From positions 84,430-148,429 of the forward strand of contig JBDTEO010000017.1 of the NCBI GenBank assembly GCA_039922495.1: a DNA stretch of 64,000 nucleotides, given 5' to 3'. The translations under genes and the position numbers were made by a program. Positions 28,112 through 37,708 of this stretch are shown here, piece after piece. The notes under the pieces were generated by a model, which saw nothing but the letters and a program-made list of their open reading frames with translations, ran no database searches and was not told where the DNA came from. The stretch comes from Candidatus Dormibacter sp. (GTDB lineage Bacteria; Chloroflexota; Dormibacteria; CF-121). Each line of letters begins with the position of its first letter. Within the stretch, counting starts at the first letter, position 1.

Positions 28112-29023
28112 TTAGAAAATCACGGCCATATTGTTGAAGTCGCGCCAGTTGGCCTCAAAGAGCGATTTATTTACCCAGTACTGCGTACCGTGCAGCGGAT
28201 CGTTGACACGGACCTGGGTGGCGTTGACGCCGCTAAGGGTCACCGCGTGCTCGACGAACGAATACCGGACCTGCCGGCCGTCCCAGGCGGTCCAGGTGCG
28301 CACCGTGGGCCGGGCCCAGTTGGTCTCGACCCAGACTTCGACCGGATGCCCCGAGGAGAGCGCCGTATAGATCACGCTCGGCGCAAAGCCCTCGCCGCCG
28401 CGAGCCTTCGGGTCGCCATGCGACTGCGCGATGGACAGGATCACCGGCCAGTAGACGCCATATCCAGTCGGGGTCGTGTCGCTGCCGTTGACCTTGCCGA
28501 CAAAGTTCGTGTAGGGATCACCCCACTGGACGATCGTGTGATTGGGCCCCATGACCGGTGGCCGGGTGTCCGGATTCTCCAGCGCGTAGAGTTGCGCGTC
28601 GCTATAGAAATGCCCGTAGGTCGCGAGGCCCATGCGGAGCGCGCCGGTCTCGCAATCCAGGGTCATCGTTTGCTTGTAAATTGGCACGTTGATGGTCACG
28701 TACCCGGGCGGCGGCGACCAGGCCCGAAGGGGAGCTTTCGCTGCCGGCTTCGGTGGCGCCGGGGTTGGCGCGGGCGTGGGGGCCGGTTCGACGTACTGGA
28801 CATAGACCTCGGCCGGGCTCTCCGGCGCTTTCTCCGGCTGGCTGAAGGTGCGCCGCGCTCCGGTCGATGGCAGGCTGGACGCAGGCACAAGCTCGGCCCT
28901 GGCCGGCTGGGCCGGCTGGGCCGGCTGGGCCGGCTGGGCGTCGCGCGTCGGGCCCAGCGCATAACTGGTAACCAGTGTTCCGGCGATGACGCCGCCGCAG
29001 GCGACGGTCATCAGGCGGTTCAT
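28112..29023 (-). CDS. secreted protein with (AQP)n and PAPT proline-rich linker and a C-terminal papain/C39-like peptidase-like domain
   Basis: Signal peptide MNRLMTVACGGVIAGTLVTSYALG; DAQPAQPAQPAQPA from a 9-bp DNA tandem repeat; C-terminal domain with conserved HAVTLSG; the ORF-track start at 29200 is probably too far upstream. Confidence 0.5.
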   Translation of the reverse strand: MNRLMTVACGGVIAGTLVTSYALGPTRDAQPAQPAQPAQPARAELVPASSLPSTGARRTFSQPEKAPESPAEVYVQYVEPAPTPAPTPAPPKPAAKAPLRAWSPPPGYVTINVPIYKQTMTLDCETGALRMGLATYGHFYSDAQLYALENPDTRPPVMGPNHTIVQWGDPYTNFVGKVNGSDTTPTGYGVYWPVILSIAQSHGDPKARGGEGFAPSVIYTALSSGHPVEVWVETNWARPTVRTWTAWDGRQVRYSFVEHAVTLSGVNATQVRVNDPLHGTQYWVNKSLFEANWRDFNNMAVIF

Positions 29024-29105
29024 GGCAGTGTTGCAGATAACGTAACCCGGCAGCCTTGCGCGGCCGCTTTCGAGCAAGAGCTCGTGTACAGCTTGTGACC
29101 TGGCC

Positions 29106-29858
29106 GTGTTCCGCCTTAGTATTTGTGCACTGAAACTCGAAGGACGGATCGCGATCGTAACGGGAGCCGGACGCGGGATCGGCGAAGGCATCGCCCGCAA
29201 GCTGGCTCACGAAGGCGCAAGCGTCGTCTGCGCCGACGTCAATCAGGCCGACGCCAGCCGCGTGGCCCAGGAGTGTGGTCGTGGCGCGGTCAGTCTGGCC
29301 CTCGATGTCACGAACTCCGGTCAATGCGATGCCCTGGTCAGCCGCGTTCACGAACAATTTGGCCGGCTCGACATCCTGGTGAACAATGCCGGGATCAACC
29401 GCGACGCGATGCTGCACAAGATGACCGATGACCAGTGGGCCCAGGTGCTTGCCGTGGATTTGAGTGGCGTTTTCTACATGACCCGCGCGGCGAGCCGGAT
29501 CATGCGCACGGCCGGCTCCGGCCGGATCGTCAACATCGCGTCGGCCAGCTGGATGGGCAATATCGGCCAGGCCAACTACGCGGCGGCCAAGGCCGGTGTC
29601 GTCGGGCTGACCAGGACGGCGGCGAAAGAGCTCGCCCGATCCCAGGTAACGGCGAATGCCATCTGCCCGGGGTTCATCGACACGGCGATGACGCAAGGCA
29701 TCCCGGAGGCGATCCGCGAGCAGCAGGTGGCGAAGATCCCGCTGGGGCGCATGGGCCAGCCCGCCGACGTCGCGGCCGTGGTCGCCTTTCTGGCCTCGGA
29801 CGACGCTGGGTATGTCACCGGCGAAGTGATCAACGTCGGCGGCGGATATATTTTGTGA
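29106..29858 (+). CDS. fabG: 3-oxoacyl-ACP reductase-like SDR
   Basis: TGAGRGIGEGIA Rossmann motif, NNAG, catalytic YAAAKAG. Confidence 0.8.
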   Translation: MFRLSICALKLEGRIAIVTGAGRGIGEGIARKLAHEGASVVCADVNQADASRVAQECGRGAVSLALDVTNSGQCDALVSRVHEQFGRLDILVNNAGINRDAMLHKMTDDQWAQVLAVDLSGVFYMTRAASRIMRTAGSGRIVNIASASWMGNIGQANYAAAKAGVVGLTRTAAKELARSQVTANAICPGFIDTAMTQGIPEAIREQQVAKIPLGRMGQPADVAAVVAFLASDDAGYVTGEVINVGGGYIL

Positions 29859-31384
29859 AGCTGGTCGGCGTCGCCGAGGCCGTCGCCGCGGTCCGCGACG
29901 GCGCGACGATCGCTGTTGACGGCTTCACGCTCATGGGCGTCGCCGAGGCGCTCTACGAAGGCATAGAACAATCGTTTCGCAAAACTGGCCATCCCCGGGA
30001 CCTGACGATCGTTCATGCCGCTGGCCAGTCGAACAGAAAAATTGGCTTCGAGCATTTCGCCGTCGAGGGCCTCGCCAAGCGCATCGTCGGTTCCCACTGG
30101 GGCCTGATGCCCAGGATGTCCAAGTTTCTTGGCGATGGCCTGGCCGAGGCCGTGTGCCTGCCGCAGGGACAGATCGCGACGCTGTATCGGGCGATCGCGG
30201 CCGGCCGGCCCGGAAACCTGACGCGGGTCGGACTACGGACCTTCGTCGATCCGCGGATCGAAGGCGGAAAAGTCAATCAGCCGGCGAAAGATCACGCGCC
30301 CGACTACGTGACGATCGAGCGCATCGACGACCAGGATTTCATGTTCTACAAGAGCTTCAAGATTGACGTGGGCATTTTTCGCGCCAGCGCTGTTGATCAA
30401 GCTGGCAATTGCTCGCATGATGACGAAGCCGTCTGGCTCGACGCGCTGGCGATCGCCCAGGCGGCGCATAACTCGGGAGGCATCGTCATCTGCCAGGCCA
30501 AGCGCCTTGTCCCACGCGGCACGATTCCGCCAAGGCAGGTGACCGTGCCGGGGGCACTGGTGGATCTCGTCGTCGAGGCGCCCGAGCCAGAACGCCAGCA
30601 CCGCCAGACCGACGGGAGCTACTTCAACGAGATCTATGTCTCGCCGGCGGCCGGCGATGCGCTCCCGCGCGCGCCGTACTCGACCCGGCTTGCAATTGGC
30701 CGCCGGGCAATTAGATTCTTACATCGCGGCGATGTCGTGAACATCGGGACCGGCATCCCGGGAGACACGGTCGGCCCTGCCCTCGCCGAAGCCGGCCTGT
30801 CAGACGCAATCACGCTGACCGTCGAGTCGGGCGTCTACGGCGGCGTGCCGGCGGGCGGCGTGGACTTCGGGATTACGGCCCATCCGACGGCGATCATCCC
30901 GCATGCCAGCCAGTTTGATTTTTACAACGGCGGCGGGCTCGACGCGACCTTTATGGGTGCCGGCCAGATTGACCAGCATGGCAACGTCAATGTCAGCCGG
31001 CTCGGCGGCCGCGTGATCGGCGCCGGCGGCTTTATCGATATCACGCAAAGCGCCAGACTCGTCTGCTTTTGCTTCACGCTGGAAGGCCGCAATGAAAAAT
31101 TCGTGCAGTCTGTCGATCACCTGACGTTCAGCGCCCAGCAAGCCCGAGAAAATAATCAGCAAGTCCTGTATGTCACTGAGCGCGCCGTCTTCCGGCTGGT
31201 CGCCACCGGCCTGGAACTGATCGAGATCGCGCCAGGTATCTTCGTAGAGCATGTCCTCAAGCAGGTGCCATTTCCGGTCCACCTTCGCGAGCCGCTGACC
31301 CGGATGCCGGCCGATATCTTTCGGGAGGCGATTGAGCCTTTCGAACTGCCGACGCGCCCGACAGGCAAAATAGGACTGTCTTAG
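29855..31384 (+). CDS. acyl-CoA:acetate/3-ketoacid CoA-transferase, fused alpha-beta (YdiF type)
   Basis: Collinear similarity to E. coli YdiF blocks (GTFVDPR, SQFDFYNGGGLD, HGNVNVS, ITERAVF); GTG start overlaps the fabG stop (GTGA). Confidence 0.75.
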   Translation: MKLVGVAEAVAAVRDGATIAVDGFTLMGVAEALYEGIEQSFRKTGHPRDLTIVHAAGQSNRKIGFEHFAVEGLAKRIVGSHWGLMPRMSKFLGDGLAEAVCLPQGQIATLYRAIAAGRPGNLTRVGLRTFVDPRIEGGKVNQPAKDHAPDYVTIERIDDQDFMFYKSFKIDVGIFRASAVDQAGNCSHDDEAVWLDALAIAQAAHNSGGIVICQAKRLVPRGTIPPRQVTVPGALVDLVVEAPEPERQHRQTDGSYFNEIYVSPAAGDALPRAPYSTRLAIGRRAIRFLHRGDVVNIGTGIPGDTVGPALAEAGLSDAITLTVESGVYGGVPAGGVDFGITAHPTAIIPHASQFDFYNGGGLDATFMGAGQIDQHGNVNVSRLGGRVIGAGGFIDITQSARLVCFCFTLEGRNEKFVQSVDHLTFSAQQARENNQQVLYVTERAVFRLVATGLELIEIAPGIFVEHVLKQVPFPVHLREPLTRMPADIFREAIEPFELPTRPTGKIGLS

Positions 31385-31458
31385 GGGCCGTTAGCTCAGG
31401 TGGTTAGAGCGGCCGGCTCATAACCGGTTGGTCGAAGGTCCGAGTCCTTCACGGCCCA
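31385..31458 (+). tRNA. tRNA-Met, anticodon CAT (elongator-type; a lysidine tRNA-Ile2 cannot be excluded)
   Basis: Cloverleaf folds manually: acceptor GGGCCGT/ACGGCCC, anticodon loop CTCATAA, T-arm GAAGG-TCCGAGT-CCTTC, discriminator A, no encoded CCA; G1-C72 pair, so not initiator-like. Confidence 0.85.
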
Positions 31459-31713
31459 GACCCTTAGTTTGCTGTTCGCGCACAGTCGCAGGCATCCTCC
31501 GAACTTACTTTCAGCCCATCAAGGTGAATCTCGGCCTCTTAGGCAATGCCGACCCGCATTTGCATACGCACATCACGCTTCGCTTCCAAGATGACGCATG
31601 GCCCGGTCAGCCGATGTCGCTTGGCCCGTACGCGAATTGCTACACCGGCGACAGCTATCACGAACACGTCACCGCGCTTCGACGCCTTCTTAGCCCAGTC
31701 TGACTTGGCCCGA

Positions 31714-32928
31714 TCAGGCCGATCGCGCGTGCGCGGTGACCGGCCGGCTGAGCGCCCACCTGCCATTGCCGGACCGGCGTGGCGTGCAGCCGTCTTCGTG
31801 CACCATCCGGTGATGCCGGCGGCAAAGGAGTACCAGGTTTGCCATGGTGGTCTCGCCGCCGTGGACCCAGTGCTTGAGGTGATGCGCGTCAGTCCAGTCC
31901 GGCGGCCGGGCACAACCCTCGGCAACGCAGCCGTGATCGCGAGCGGCGAGCGCCCGTCGCGTCGCCGGTGGGATGGTCCTCGTCGCCCGACTGACCTCGA
32001 CGTCGAGCTCGCCCTGGCCGGTGATCTTGGTCAGGGCCGCATCGCAGGCCAGCCGCCGAACCGTCTCGCCTGGGACCGAGCCGCCCCGCTCGATCTGACC
32101 GGCAGGCGCCCCCGGAGTTCCGGCGAGGGTTTCGACGCTGGCGCGAACCACCAGATGAGGTCGCGCTCCCGAGCCAGGGTTCCCCTCGTCGCTCTCCTGC
32201 CTGCCGAGGTCGACCAGCGCGTCCGCGCGCCGCTGGCCCCCTGTGCGATCGTCGTCCTTGTCCGGCGGCGGCATCAGGCGATTGAGTGCCGTGGTCAGAA
32301 TTGCTCCGCCTTCGGCGTCCAGCATGCCGTCCAGACGCACGAGACCATCGGCCGGTTCTGAGACGTGAAAGTAGCGCCGCTCATAGCCGTGGTTTGCCTC
32401 TGTCAGCGCCCGGTGGGCATCAACCTGGTGCTCGTAACTCTTCAAGAAGCCGATGAAGTGGCCCGGGTCCATTGTCCCCGCCGTCTTCACCAACGTCGCC
32501 TCGGACTTACGCACCTCGGCGGCCCCGACCTGCTCGGCGGTCCGGGCGATCCCGGCCACATGTTGGTAGCCGATGTCCCCATTGGCAAAAGCCTTCTGCG
32601 TCTCCGGGAGCTTTTCCAATTGGCGGCTGATGGTCACCCGCTCGGCCGCCGCGCTTCCCGAAAGCTTGCATTTCCAGCGCAGCCAGGCCACGATCCCTAG
32701 GGCGCCATCGGCCGCGTACTTGCCGGATTTATCAAAACGGTGCACCCCATCGGCAAAGGCCGCCTCCAGCCGATCCTCTGCCTCGCGTGCGGTGATGAGT
32801 CCCTGGCCCAGCGCCTCACCATTTGCCTGGCGCAACTCGCCGGCATAATCGCCGATGGCTTGCATCAATCGTCTTCCGGAAGACTCGAGTCGATCGCCTG
32901 TCGCGGCCATGCTTTCATCCTGAGGCAC
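31714..32928 (-). CDS. DUF222 domain / HNH endonuclease protein (13E12-repeat family type)
   Basis: C-terminal HNH motif DAHHLKHWVHGGETTMANLVLLCRRHHRMVHEDG; long N-terminal DUF222-like region; sits next to the tRNA after a lower-GC spacer. Confidence 0.8.
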   Translation of the reverse strand: MPQDESMAATGDRLESSGRRLMQAIGDYAGELRQANGEALGQGLITAREAEDRLEAAFADGVHRFDKSGKYAADGALGIVAWLRWKCKLSGSAAAERVTISRQLEKLPETQKAFANGDIGYQHVAGIARTAEQVGAAEVRKSEATLVKTAGTMDPGHFIGFLKSYEHQVDAHRALTEANHGYERRYFHVSEPADGLVRLDGMLDAEGGAILTTALNRLMPPPDKDDDRTGGQRRADALVDLGRQESDEGNPGSGARPHLVVRASVETLAGTPGAPAGQIERGGSVPGETVRRLACDAALTKITGQGELDVEVSRATRTIPPATRRALAARDHGCVAEGCARPPDWTDAHHLKHWVHGGETTMANLVLLCRRHHRMVHEDGCTPRRSGNGRWALSRPVTAHARSA

Positions 32929-33040
32929 GGCTGCGACAGCTGTCTGTCAATAACCGGATGACCACTGCCCATCACCCTCCGTCGCGCGAGCGTGGGTTCC
33001 TGCCGAACCACCGGCTGTTCATCGCTGAACCGCGCCTCAG

Positions 33041-34072
33041 CTACATATGCTCGCCGAGCTTGCTCCCGATGCCGACCTCGTCGAGAGGCCCGTAGTTATT
33101 CGTCACGTCGCTCGCGTTGATCACCTTGGGGCCGCGCCATCTCTGGACGCGGCCGCCCATCTTCAAGACCCAAACCTCAAGTTTGCCCTCGGGTAGAACC
33201 TGGCCCACCCGCGCGAACGATCGCCCGCGGTCCTTCAACCGGATCACGTCCTTGATCGCGAAACGCTCCGGGGGTCGCGCGCCGACGGCGCCGTTGGATT
33301 CCGCCGTCCCGTCAAGGCCGCCCCGGCCGTCGCCCTTTGGGCGCACCTTGCGCATCAGCCGGGCGACGGGATCGTACACATCCGTGGCCATGCGTTCCTT
33401 CAGCGGGATGATGGCGTTGTCGGTGATCTTAATGTGTTCCGGACAGACTTCCTGGCAGCACTTGGTAATGTTGCACATCCCGACGCCGGCCTTTCCATGG
33501 AGGAGACCTGTGCGTCGCAGCGTATCGAGTGGATGCATCTCGAGGCCGGCGATCCGAACCATATAGCGGGGGCCGTAGTAGGCGGACTTGTCGTCGTGGT
33601 TGCGCAGTACGTGGCAGACGTCCTGGCAAAGAAAGCACTCGATGCACCTGCGGTACTCGTAAACCCGCTCAGTGTCCTGCGGCAGCATCTTGTACGGCAC
33701 CGGCTCGTTGGCCGGCGGCGTGAACGGGGGAATCTCCTGGTTGACCTTGTAGTTCCACGACACGTCCGTGACCAGGTCCTTGATCAATGGGAACGTCCGC
33801 ATCGGGGCGACGTGAATATCCCCTTCCGGGAACTCGTCGACGCGCGTCTTGCACATCAGGCGCGGCCGGCCATTGATTTCGGCGCTGCAGGAGCCGCATT
33901 TGGCGGCTTTGCAATTCCAGCGGCAGGCGAGGTCGTTGGCCAGGTTGGCCTGCACGTAGTGAATGGCGTCGAGGACAACCATGCCTTCCAGCGCCGGGAC
34001 CTCAAAGCGCTCCTCCCGGCCGCCCGTTTCGTCTCCGCGAAAGACCTGGAGAACGATCGACGCTTGCTTCAC
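33041..34072 (-). CDS. sdhB: succinate dehydrogenase/fumarate reductase iron-sulfur subunit with a C-terminal extension of about 95 aa
   Basis: 2Fe-2S CRWNCKAAKCGSCS, 4Fe-4S CIECFLCQDVC and 3Fe-4S CNITKCCQEVCP motifs; 343 aa against a typical 250. Confidence 0.85.
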   Translation of the reverse strand: MKQASIVLQVFRGDETGGREERFEVPALEGMVVLDAIHYVQANLANDLACRWNCKAAKCGSCSAEINGRPRLMCKTRVDEFPEGDIHVAPMRTFPLIKDLVTDVSWNYKVNQEIPPFTPPANEPVPYKMLPQDTERVYEYRRCIECFLCQDVCHVLRNHDDKSAYYGPRYMVRIAGLEMHPLDTLRRTGLLHGKAGVGMCNITKCCQEVCPEHIKITDNAIIPLKERMATDVYDPVARLMRKVRPKGDGRGGLDGTAESNGAVGARPPERFAIKDVIRLKDRGRSFARVGQVLPEGKLEVWVLKMGGRVQRWRGPKVINASDVTNNYGPLDEVGIGSKLGEHM

Positions 34073-35802
34073 GCGGGGACGCCCTGGGCCGCCTTCTCCT
34101 CGAACAGGCGGGCGAGTTCGGGCGGCATCTCGGGCACCGGCTTTCGTTTCAGCTTCATCGTTCCGTGGTCGTCATACGCGATCAGGTTGATCCGCCCGAA
34201 TGCGGGGTCCTTCTCGAGGTGGTCGAGGCGCCAGTGGGCTCCTCGGCTTTCGTTCCGTTCCAGCGCGGCCCGGACAATCGCCTCGGCGATGGTCAGCATG
34301 AAGCGCAGGTCCCGCGCGGTGTGCCAGCCAGGGTTGTAGCGGCGCGATCCCGGCGCATGAATCCCGGCCGTCCGCGCCTGCAGCTCGAGAACCTTGTTGA
34401 GACAGGTCCGCAGCCCCTCTTCCGTTCTGGCCAGGCCGGCGCCGTCCTGCATCGCCTGTTGCAATTCCTGCTGGAGGTGGTAGACGTTTTCTTTGCCGGC
34501 CGCTTGCAGGGGCCGCAGCAGAAGGTCCTGCTCAGCCGCCACCTGCCGATCATCGATGCTGCCGGGCGCAACGTCGCGCTGGTACGCGGCGGCCCCCGCG
34601 CCGGCTCGCCGGCCGAACACGAGCAGATCTGACAGGGAATTCCCCCCGAGCCGATTCGATCCGTGCAAACCGGCCGCTGCCTCGCCGGCCGCATAAAGGC
34701 CGGGCAGCGTCGTCGCCCCGGTTTCCGCGTCGACCCAGAGCCCGCCCATCGCATAGTGGATGGTCGGGGCCACCTCCATCGGTTGCTTGGTGATGTCGAC
34801 GTCGGCCAGTCGCAGGAACTGCTCGTACATCGACGGCAGTTTCTTTTTGATTTGCTCGGCACCCAGGTGCCGCACATCGAGGTTGGCGCCGCCATGCTCG
34901 GTTCCGCGTCCAGCCTGGACTTCTTTGTAAATCGATCTCGCGACGATATCGCGCGACGAGAGCTCTTTTTTCTTGGGGTCGTACTCGAGCATGAAGCGCT
35001 TGCCGTCCTTGTTGGTGAGGTACCCGCCCTCGCCGCGAACGGCCTCGGTAACCAGGATGCCCTTGACGCCGGGCGGCCAGACCATGCCGGTCGGATGGAA
35101 CTGGACCATCTCGGGATCGAGGACGTCAGCGCCGGCTTCGTAGCCCATGCCGACGCCATCGCCCGTTCCTTCCCACGAGTTCGATGTCACTTTGAAGAGG
35201 CGTCCCCAGCCACCGGTGGCGAGGATCACGGCTTTAGTCTTGAAGGCGAGGAAGCGCCCATCGACCCGGTTGTAGCCAAAGGCGCCCGTGACGCGGTTGC
35301 CATCCTTGAGGAGCCTGGTGAGCGTCCATTCCATGTGGACCTCGATGCCGAGGGCCACCACGCGATCCTGCAGCGTGCGGATGATCTCGAGGCCCGTTCG
35401 ATCGCCGACGTGGCAGAGGCGCCGGTACGTGTGGGCGCCGAAGGCCCGCTGGAGAATGCGGCCATCCGGCGTGCGATCGAAGATGGCCCCCCAGGTCTCG
35501 AGCTCGTAGACCCGGTCTGGAGATTCCTTGGCATGGATCTCCGCCATGCGCCAGTTGTTGATCATCTGGCCGCCCCGCATCGTGTCCTGGAAATGCACCT
35601 GCCACCTGTCGGCGGGGTCGACATTGCCGAGGGCAGCCGCGACACCACCTTCGGCCATGACGGTATGGGCTTTGCCGAGCAGCGACTTGCACACGATCGT
35701 GACGCGCGCGCCCGAGGCAGCCGCCTCGATCGCCGCCCGCATGCCTGCGCCGCCGGCCCCGATGACCAGGACGTCTGTCGTCAGCGTCTCAAAGGCTTCC
35801 AT
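34069..35802 (-). CDS. sdhA: succinate dehydrogenase/fumarate reductase flavoprotein subunit
   Basis: FAD-binding VLVIGAGGAGMRAAIEAA, histidine ligand region, HPTG and HGANRLGGNSLSDLLVFG blocks. Confidence 0.9.
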   Translation of the reverse strand: MEAFETLTTDVLVIGAGGAGMRAAIEAAASGARVTIVCKSLLGKAHTVMAEGGVAAALGNVDPADRWQVHFQDTMRGGQMINNWRMAEIHAKESPDRVYELETWGAIFDRTPDGRILQRAFGAHTYRRLCHVGDRTGLEIIRTLQDRVVALGIEVHMEWTLTRLLKDGNRVTGAFGYNRVDGRFLAFKTKAVILATGGWGRLFKVTSNSWEGTGDGVGMGYEAGADVLDPEMVQFHPTGMVWPPGVKGILVTEAVRGEGGYLTNKDGKRFMLEYDPKKKELSSRDIVARSIYKEVQAGRGTEHGGANLDVRHLGAEQIKKKLPSMYEQFLRLADVDITKQPMEVAPTIHYAMGGLWVDAETGATTLPGLYAAGEAAAGLHGSNRLGGNSLSDLLVFGRRAGAGAAAYQRDVAPGSIDDRQVAAEQDLLLRPLQAAGKENVYHLQQELQQAMQDGAGLARTEEGLRTCLNKVLELQARTAGIHAPGSRRYNPGWHTARDLRFMLTIAEAIVRAALERNESRGAHWRLDHLEKDPAFGRINLIAYDDHGTMKLKRKPVPEMPPELARLFEEKAAQGVPA

Positions 35803-36572
35803 CAGAAGATCAACCGCGGCTCATGGAAGAACCCCGCCATTAGCAGCCGGATATACACGTCTGTCAGCGCGACGGAGAACATGCTGTACCAGGCAAAGGC
35901 GCCATGCGACGGGTTCAACCGGTTGAGCGTCATGGTGACCCGCTCCCAGATCCGGCCGCCTCGGGCGCGCGAGAAGGCGTCGATCCGGCCGCCCATCAGA
36001 TACCGGAATGAATGACAGGTCCCGCTGTAGAGCGTCAGAAGGATCACGTTGACCAGCATCACCAGGGATCCCAGCCCGATAAAGACGTGCCCATGGTAGG
36101 TGAAGGCGCGAACCACGTCGACCCAGAGGAAGACGATGACGACCAGGCTCAGCAATAAGAAATATCGATGGTAGTTATTGAGCACCCAGGGAAACCGGGT
36201 CTCCCCGCGATACTTGCCGCGCTTGAGTTCCTGGATGGCGCAGGCCGGCGGGTCCCAGAAGAACGAACGGAAGTATGACTTCCGGTAGTAGTAACAGCTG
36301 CCGCGAAGCCCGAGCGGGATCACGGCGAGAAACGGGATCAGGAGACCGATGATCGGCACGTGGATGAGCCCGAACCCGAGCCAGGTCGAGAAAAATGGCG
36401 AGACATACGGGTCAACAAAGACAACGGTCCCGGAGAACACGGACCATGTCGCATAGACGACGAAGGCGGTGTAGCAGAGGACGGTGAGCGCCGGTTCGAT
36501 CCACCAGGCCCGGCCCGGTGACGCCTCTTTGGCCGACGGCGGCCGGACGGGCATTACCGCCTCAAGCGCCAA
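35802..36572 (-). CDS. sdhC: succinate dehydrogenase cytochrome b membrane anchor subunit
   Basis: Five TM helices, immediately upstream of sdhA-sdhB in the same orientation (sdhCAB order). Confidence 0.65.
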   Translation of the reverse strand: MALEAVMPVRPPSAKEASPGRAWWIEPALTVLCYTAFVVYATWSVFSGTVVFVDPYVSPFFSTWLGFGLIHVPIIGLLIPFLAVIPLGLRGSCYYYRKSYFRSFFWDPPACAIQELKRGKYRGETRFPWVLNNYHRYFLLLSLVVIVFLWVDVVRAFTYHGHVFIGLGSLVMLVNVILLTLYSGTCHSFRYLMGGRIDAFSRARGGRIWERVTMTLNRLNPSHGAFAWYSMFSVALTDVYIRLLMAGFFHEPRLIF

Positions 36573-36611
36573 CTCGTCCTCCTGACTTCGGGGTTGCCGA
36601 CGAGAACTAGT

Positions 36612-37670
36612 TTAGTCGGTGCCCGCGCTGCGGCGGCCCAGGACCACGCCAACCAGTGAGGCTCCCAGCGCCATCAAGACCGCCGTGCGCGCACGCACCC
36701 CGGTCCGCACGGGCCCATGGCTCCCATTGGCCGATCGCTCGAGCTGTGGGGCGCCCCGTCGATCAGCCTCGCCCGCGGTCTTCGGGGCGGCGGCGATCAC
36801 GTCACCGCGCGCCGGCTGTTCGATCGGGACGGGATAGAGCACGCTGTTGAACTCCACGCCGATCATCGTGATCAGGCCGAAGAAGAAGAAAAATGTCAGG
36901 ACCACGAAAAAGAGGCCGAAGGTCTTGCCGTAGATGACCGCGCTGTTGGTCAGGCTGATGTAGATGGGGAAGACGAGGCTCACGAGTTCGAACAGGGTTC
37001 CTGCGAGCAGCGCACCGGACCAGACCTGGCTGAACTTCTGCGGTCGATTCGGGACCACGTAGTAAATGGCGAGGAAGAGCAAAGTACCGGAGACGAGACC
37101 GATGACCACCTGGACGAGCAGCGAGAGGCCGCCTTTGAGTGCGTCCGGGGCGCCCGGGATTTCCGGCACGGCCGGAAGCGCGAGCGAGCTGGCGATGGCG
37201 ATGCCGCCGAACACCGTGAACAGGAAAATCATGGCGATGCTCATGACCTTTTGGGGCAGAAACTCGCGGGGCTTGGCGTGATAGATCACGGCAAAGGCCT
37301 GCTCCACCGCGCCGAAGAGCGCCGACCCACCCCACAGCAGGCCGAGCACACCGACGACGATCAGCAAGCCCTTCTGCGCCTCGAAGTGCTTGATGGCTTG
37401 GAAGGCGCCGCTGACCGTCTGCGAGGGGAGGGCCGTCAGCAGCGTGCAGTCAAGGGCGGAGAGTTGCGCCCCGCCGACAGCATGGCACGCCACTTGCTTG
37501 GTTTCGCCGATCAGGCTGGCGACGATGCCGAGCACGGCGGCGAGAAAGACTACGATGGGGAACACGGCGAACAACGTGTTCCAGGCAATCAGAACGGCCC
37601 AGTTCGGCGCCTGGTCTTCAAGGAATTTTTGGATGACCCTTCCCGGTAGGCTACTCATGAGCGCGTGCAT
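36612..37670 (-). CDS. YihY/BrkB family inner-membrane protein
   Basis: Six TM helices with the YihY N-terminal pattern WAVLIAWNTLFAVFPIVVF. Confidence 0.6.
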   Translation of the reverse strand: MHALMSSLPGRVIQKFLEDQAPNWAVLIAWNTLFAVFPIVVFLAAVLGIVASLIGETKQVACHAVGGAQLSALDCTLLTALPSQTVSGAFQAIKHFEAQKGLLIVVGVLGLLWGGSALFGAVEQAFAVIYHAKPREFLPQKVMSIAMIFLFTVFGGIAIASSLALPAVPEIPGAPDALKGGLSLLVQVVIGLVSGTLLFLAIYYVVPNRPQKFSQVWSGALLAGTLFELVSLVFPIYISLTNSAVIYGKTFGLFFVVLTFFFFFGLITMIGVEFNSVLYPVPIEQPARGDVIAAAPKTAGEADRRGAPQLERSANGSHGPVRTGVRARTAVLMALGASLVGVVLGRRSAGTD

Positions 37671-37708
37671 TCGTTTCTATTCTACCTGACATCGGCACTA
37701 TCACGTAA

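Noticed and set aside
28886-28940. Direct repeats considered as a possible CRISPR array
   Set aside because: The repeats are 9 nt, contiguous, in frame and encode (AQP)n within a secreted protein. There are no spacers and no cas genes, so this is a coding microsatellite, not CRISPR.
31385-31458. Initiator tRNA-fMet interpretation of the CAT tRNA
   Set aside because: Position 1-72 is a G-C pair and the anticodon stem lacks the three consecutive G-C pairs characteristic of bacterial initiators. Elongator Met (or tRNA-Ile2) is more likely.
31459-33040. Complete prophage or integrative element at the tRNA
   Set aside because: No integrase, recombinase, transposase or phage structural genes. Only a single DUF222-HNH gene and a short lower-GC spacer, so this is at most a degraded islet.
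36717-37649. 310-aa plus-strand ORF antisense to the YihY/BrkB membrane gene
   Set aside because: The Asp/Glu/Arg/Gly-rich translation lacks any motif. The opposite strand shows six regularly spaced TM helices.
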